Below are positions 27,292 to 29,953 of a stretch of 29,953 nucleotides of DNA, one piece after another. The notes beneath the pieces were generated by a model. That model was not told where the DNA came from and made no database searches. It saw nothing but the letters and a program-made list of their open reading frames with translations. Origin of the DNA: a virus (lineage: Duplodnaviria > Caudoviricetes); IMG/VR virus record IMGVR_UViG_3300025084_000138, positions 1 through 29,953 of that record. One strand, given 5' to 3'. Each line of letters opens with the position of its first letter. Within the stretch, counting starts at the first letter, position 1. The position numbers and the translations under genes were made by a program.

Positions 27292-27537
27292 TTAGGCTAA
27301 TTCCAACATTGAAAATGGTACTCTATAAGTCATTCCATTCATATCAACTAAAGCTTTCTTGATATTCATCTTAGTGATGACTCCAGCAGTTCTTTTAGTC
27401 TTCTGAACTACCCATACTTTAGAACCAACAGCTAATGTGGCTTTACCCAGCATAGTCTTGCATTCGGATATGAACGCTGATAGTTCATTTAGTTCCGAAA
27501 GACTACTTACTTTTCTGATTTCATTTTTTAAATTCAT
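27292..27537 (-). CDS. Small protein with a C-terminal SH3/KOW-like beta-barrel
   Basis: VGSKVWV...GVITKMNIKKALV...YRVPFSML. Confidence 0.75.
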   Translation of the reverse strand: MNLKNEIRKVSSLSELNELSAFISECKTMLGKATLAVGSKVWVVQKTKRTAGVITKMNIKKALVDMNGMTYRVPFSMLELA

Positions 27538-27563
27538 CGTTTTTTTCCTTATCTTGACACCTA

Positions 27564-27602
27564 AATATACACATAATAATCGAACAAGTCAAGCATTATT
27601 TT
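27564..27602 (-). promoter_or_regulatory. Sigma70-type early promoter (copy 7)
   Basis: AAAATAATGC-TTGACT-17 nt-TATATT. Confidence 0.85.
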
Positions 27603-27619
27603 TATTTATATTCAATTTG

Positions 27620-27693
27620 AGAGCCGGGTGAGATTCGAACTCACGAAAAGCGGGTTTGCAATCCGCCCCATTAGACCACTCTGGCACCGACTC
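27620..27693 (-). tRNA. tRNA-Cys (GCA)
   Basis: Acceptor GAGTCGG/CCGGCTC, U73, anticodon loop TT-GCA-AA, T arm GTGAG-TTCGAAT-CTCAC; CCA not encoded. Confidence 0.9.
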
Positions 27694-27756
27694 GGCCTTG
27701 AAATCGGTGTTTAAAGGTTATGTTGTGTTGTTCAATTCTCATTTCACGCTAGCTAA

Positions 27757-27897
27757 CTAACTGCCAAACTTGTCAAAATACTTCTTTTTATTGGTTTTGT
27801 ACAGGTCCCAATCCTTCTTATCGTCAGAGAAGTCAGCCACTTTAAGCTTAAAGTACCGATTTCCTACCTTTACCTTCTTATACTTGGGCTTTTTCAT
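27757..27897 (-). CDS. 46-aa Lys-rich protein (not in the ORF track)
   Basis: MKKPKYKKVKVGNRYFKLKVADF...FDKFGS*; AAGGA SD; directly after a promoter. Confidence 0.7.
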   Translation of the reverse strand: MKKPKYKKVKVGNRYFKLKVADFSDDKKDWDLYKTNKKKYFDKFGS

Positions 27898-27943
27898 GCT
27901 TTATTCCTTATATTAGTACCCTATTCAATTCTCATTTCACCTA

Positions 27944-27982
27944 AATATAACACGAAAAACATATATAAGTCAAGCATTATTT
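27944..27982 (-). promoter_or_regulatory. Sigma70-type early promoter (copy 8)
   Basis: AAATAATGC-TTGACT-18 nt-TATATT with TGn extended -10. Confidence 0.85.
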
Positions 27983-27991
27983 GCATTTATT

Positions 27992-28231
27992 TTAATCTAA
28001 ATAATAATCTTCTAATTCCATGTCATCATAATCATACGAATCCATTGAATCATCTGGATGATTTATATCCCCCATTAAATGTCCAATGTAGTCGTCCTGT
28101 AGGGTAATGTCATCATCTTTCATTTGCTGTCGAAATTCATCCTTTTTGGACGATTTAGCACTATTGTCTTGGTCGATTGCTTTATTCATATCCAAGATAG
28201 CCTGTAGTTTTGGATCTATTTTTTTCTTCAA
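27992..28231 (-). CDS. Hypothetical protein with a very acidic C-terminus
   Basis: GGGAG SD plus TTG start overlapping the upstream stop. Confidence 0.65.
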   Translation of the reverse strand: MKKKIDPKLQAILDMNKAIDQDNSAKSSKKDEFRQQMKDDDITLQDDYIGHLMGDINHPDDSMDSYDYDDMELEDYYLD

Positions 28232-28494
28232 GTGGACTCCCGTTTAGTTTTATTAATTTTCTGCTTAAATTTCTTCGATTCACTCGATTCACTATGTGAA
28301 TCCATACCGCTTATATTGCTTATAATGACTATCGAGTCGCTTTTATAGATCGATGCCGAAGGACTTGCGAATCGAAGCTGTTTCTTTGGATTCTTCGTTG
28401 ACTTGCTGGATTTCACCATTGAGCGTACTGATAAACTTCCGGATAGAACTCGATCTCCCACTTTGGCTAATCCTTTTTTGATAATTTTCGCCAT
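28228..28494 (-). CDS. Hypothetical basic Ser/Lys-rich protein
   Basis: 88 aa; contains one MDSHSES repeat. Confidence 0.55.
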   Translation of the reverse strand: MAKIIKKGLAKVGDRVLSGSLSVRSMVKSSKSTKNPKKQLRFASPSASIYKSDSIVIISNISGMDSHSESSESKKFKQKINKTKREST

Positions 28495-28706
28495 GTTTAT
28501 TTATACAATCCATTCATAGCGTCATTGAAATCTGGATGTTCATCACAATACTTATCTAAAAAATCATCTTCATCATCATAACCATAAGAATCATAAGGAG
28601 GTCCTGGAATATCAGGTTCATCAGGGTCAATCGTATCGATCGATTCACTATGTGAATCCATTGAATGGTCATATGGTTCTTCTTTCGATTCACTATGTGA
28701 ATCCAT
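28284..28706. repeat. Three identical 22-bp palindromic sites
   Basis: TCGATTCACTATGTGAATCCAT at 28284-28305, 28640-28661 and 28685-28706. Confidence 0.92.
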
Positions 28707-28760
28707 AGGTTTTGTTTTACCTAAAACCTCATAAGCTATTTCTAAATTAACTAATGTCAT
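28497..28760 (-). CDS. Hypothetical acidic early protein
   Basis: AAGGA SD after a promoter; two MDSHSES repeats. Confidence 0.7.
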   Translation of the reverse strand: MTLVNLEIAYEVLGKTKPMDSHSESKEEPYDHSMDSHSESIDTIDPDEPDIPGPPYDSYGYDDEDDFLDKYCDEHPDFNDAMNGLYK

Positions 28761-28785
28761 TGTTTTTTCCTTTTCTTAACACCTA

Positions 28786-28825
28786 AATATAACACTAAAA
28801 ACATATATAAGTCAAGCATTATTTT
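28786..28825 (-). promoter_or_regulatory. Sigma70-type early promoter (copy 9)
   Basis: AAAATAATGC-TTGACT-18 nt-TATATT with TGn. Confidence 0.85.
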
Positions 28826-28847
28826 CGATTATTTTCATTAAATTTTC

Positions 28848-29055
28848 AGAGGGGATTAGTCGTCACAACCCCCTCTATATCTTAACTCACCGAATGACTG
28901 GTCCGTCAACCTCATTACAAGGTGTTTAAGAAGTCTTTATTTTTGGCCCGTGAGACTTTACGCCCTTAGTCTCTTTTCAATGTTATCTCTAGGTCGAGTC
29001 GGGCAGTATTCAAGTCATTTCGGTATCAATTCCTTTTTTTTATCTCTCTGTTTAC
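28848..29055 (-). ncRNA. Candidate ~200-nt structured small RNA
   Basis: Own promoter, no minus-strand ORF of note, nested stems, 3' GC-rich hairpin. Confidence 0.6.
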
Positions 29056-29060
29056 CCCTA

Positions 29061-29099
29061 AATATACACATAATAATTGAACAAGTCAAGCATTATTTT
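29061..29099 (-). promoter_or_regulatory. Sigma70-type early promoter (copy 10)
   Basis: AAAATAATGC-TTGACT-17 nt-TATATT. Confidence 0.85.
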
Positions 29100-29189
29100 C
29101 ACTTTTTTTCATTTATTTTCTTACACAAAAGCTTAATAATGAATAGTTCGGTAATGAATCCAAATACCTAGCTTGTGGTTGAATGCTCA

Positions 29190-29220
29190 AATATACCACA
29201 AAATAACGAGAAAAACAAGC
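29190..29220 (-). promoter_or_regulatory. Degenerate promoter copy
   Basis: GC-TTGTTT-17 nt-TATATT. Confidence 0.45.
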
Positions 29221-29485
29221 AAAAAAGACGAAATACCCCATAAAAAAAATATAATCGGGGTGTGCGTGCGTAGTATTATTTTGATATCTTTGTATATTAC
29301 AAATATATATATTTTGAGTTAATCATTATGATAAAAAAGGAATACTTACCCACTATCCCCCACTATTAACCACTTATGTTGTTTTATAAATTATATAAAA
29401 TGTATACTATAAATATTCTTGAATAAGTGCGTCCAATATGAGTAAAATGAAAAAGAAAACACTATATCTGCTACACTATAGTTTA

Positions 29486-29782
29486 TCATAAAGGGAAATC
29501 TCTCCAAGGCTTAATTATATAATGCCCTATAAAGGTTTTAATCTCAGGCTTACCTACCTTTCTCCTATATGTGTTTTCTAATCTGGTCCACGGACAATTT
29601 AATGTTTTGCTAAATGTTAAATGCATTATCCAAGCACATATTGGGAATGATACATAAAAGGGCTCATGAATTAAAACCAACGGCACAGATATACCAGTTA
29701 TGATTAAAAATACCCAATGTAATAATTGAATTATAAATAATAATATTCGATTCATCATTTGATTCATGCTTAGTCTATCCAT
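29486..29782 (-). CDS. Small membrane protein, DUF2784-like
   Basis: LHW.F...H......CPWTRLEN..R....P....FI.HY; start uncertain among several Met codons. Confidence 0.65.
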   Translation of the reverse strand: MDRLSMNQMMNRILLFIIQLLHWVFLIITGISVPLVLIHEPFYVSFPICAWIMHLTFSKTLNCPWTRLENTYRRKVGKPEIKTFIGHYIIKPWRDFPL

Positions 29783-29825
29783 CGATTCACCATTTGATTC
29801 ACCTTATGTGAATCCAGTGAATCCA
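29781..29825. repeat. 45-bp direct repeat, copy 2
   Basis: Identical to 25915-25959; a degenerate half copy lies at 29747-29767. Confidence 0.95.
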
Positions 29826-29827
29826 TC

Positions 29828-29953
29828 TCATTTGGCTCTTCTCCAAAACGATTTTGCCGGTGGCGGCGGTTTTTTATTTGTCCAATGTCCTTTTGTCAAT
29901 ACTACATCCTGATAGTCATACCATCTTTCATAGTCATCACCACCTACACCTGG
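29828..29953 (-). CDS. 3' end of a hypothetical protein starting outside the window
   Basis: Open frame ...PGVGGDDYERWYDY...KKPPPPAKSFWRRAK*. Confidence 0.55.
   Translation of the reverse strand, partial: PGVGGDDYERWYDYQDVVLTKGHWTNKKPPPPAKSFWRRAK

Noticed and set aside
27768-27782. boxA-like TATTTTGACAAG upstream of tRNA-Cys
   Set aside because: It lies within the 46-aa coding sequence (YFDK) and may be coincidental.
28940-28990. c-di-GMP-I riboswitch resemblance (GGGCGUAAAGUC...GGGCC)
   Set aside because: No convincing upstream GNRA-capped P2 stem; an alternative nested fold explains the sequence better.
27245-29099. Repeated AAGTCAAGCATTATTTT as a CRISPR array
   Set aside because: Spacing is irregular (hundreds of nt), copies contain -35/-10 boxes and precede genes, and no cas genes are present.
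28950-29171. 73-aa plus-strand ORF
   Set aside because: Antisense to a promoter repeat and the candidate sRNA; GTG start without an SD.
1-29953. Stop-codon reassignment (alternative genetic code)
   Set aside because: Long ORFs tile the window under the standard code, all three stops appear as gene ends, and no suppressor tRNA was seen.

Overview
AT-rich fragment of a large tailed dsDNA phage (myovirus-like, distant T4-type gene content), almost entirely coded on the minus strand. 1-15.4 kb is a tightly packed virion/baseplate module: large acidic structural proteins, a LamG-like protein, a gp6/J-like wedge, a gp25-like protein and a probable spike/hub protein. It is followed by a gp55-like late sigma factor. 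16.4-30 kb is an accessory/early region of small ORFs (HNH nuclease, lytic transglycosylase, DenV-like glycosylase, HAD phosphatase, MscS-like fragment, MoxR/CbbQ-type AAA+ ATPase) with tRNA-Ala and tRNA-Cys, driven by at least 10 near-identical sigma70 promoters. The most notable signals are non-coding: (1) a ~430-nt highly paired RNA with its own promoter and boxA-like leader (18.7-19.2 kb); (2) a second ~200-nt structured RNA (28.85-29.05 kb); (3) hairpins whose loops are complementary to the phage's own early ribosome-binding sites; (4) a dispersed GATTCAC/GTGAATC repeat system, including a 45-bp perfect direct repeat bracketing the 3.9-kb early cluster and three identical 22-bp palindromic sites inside coding sequence. 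All calls come from reading the sequence by eye; no searches or folding programs were run.
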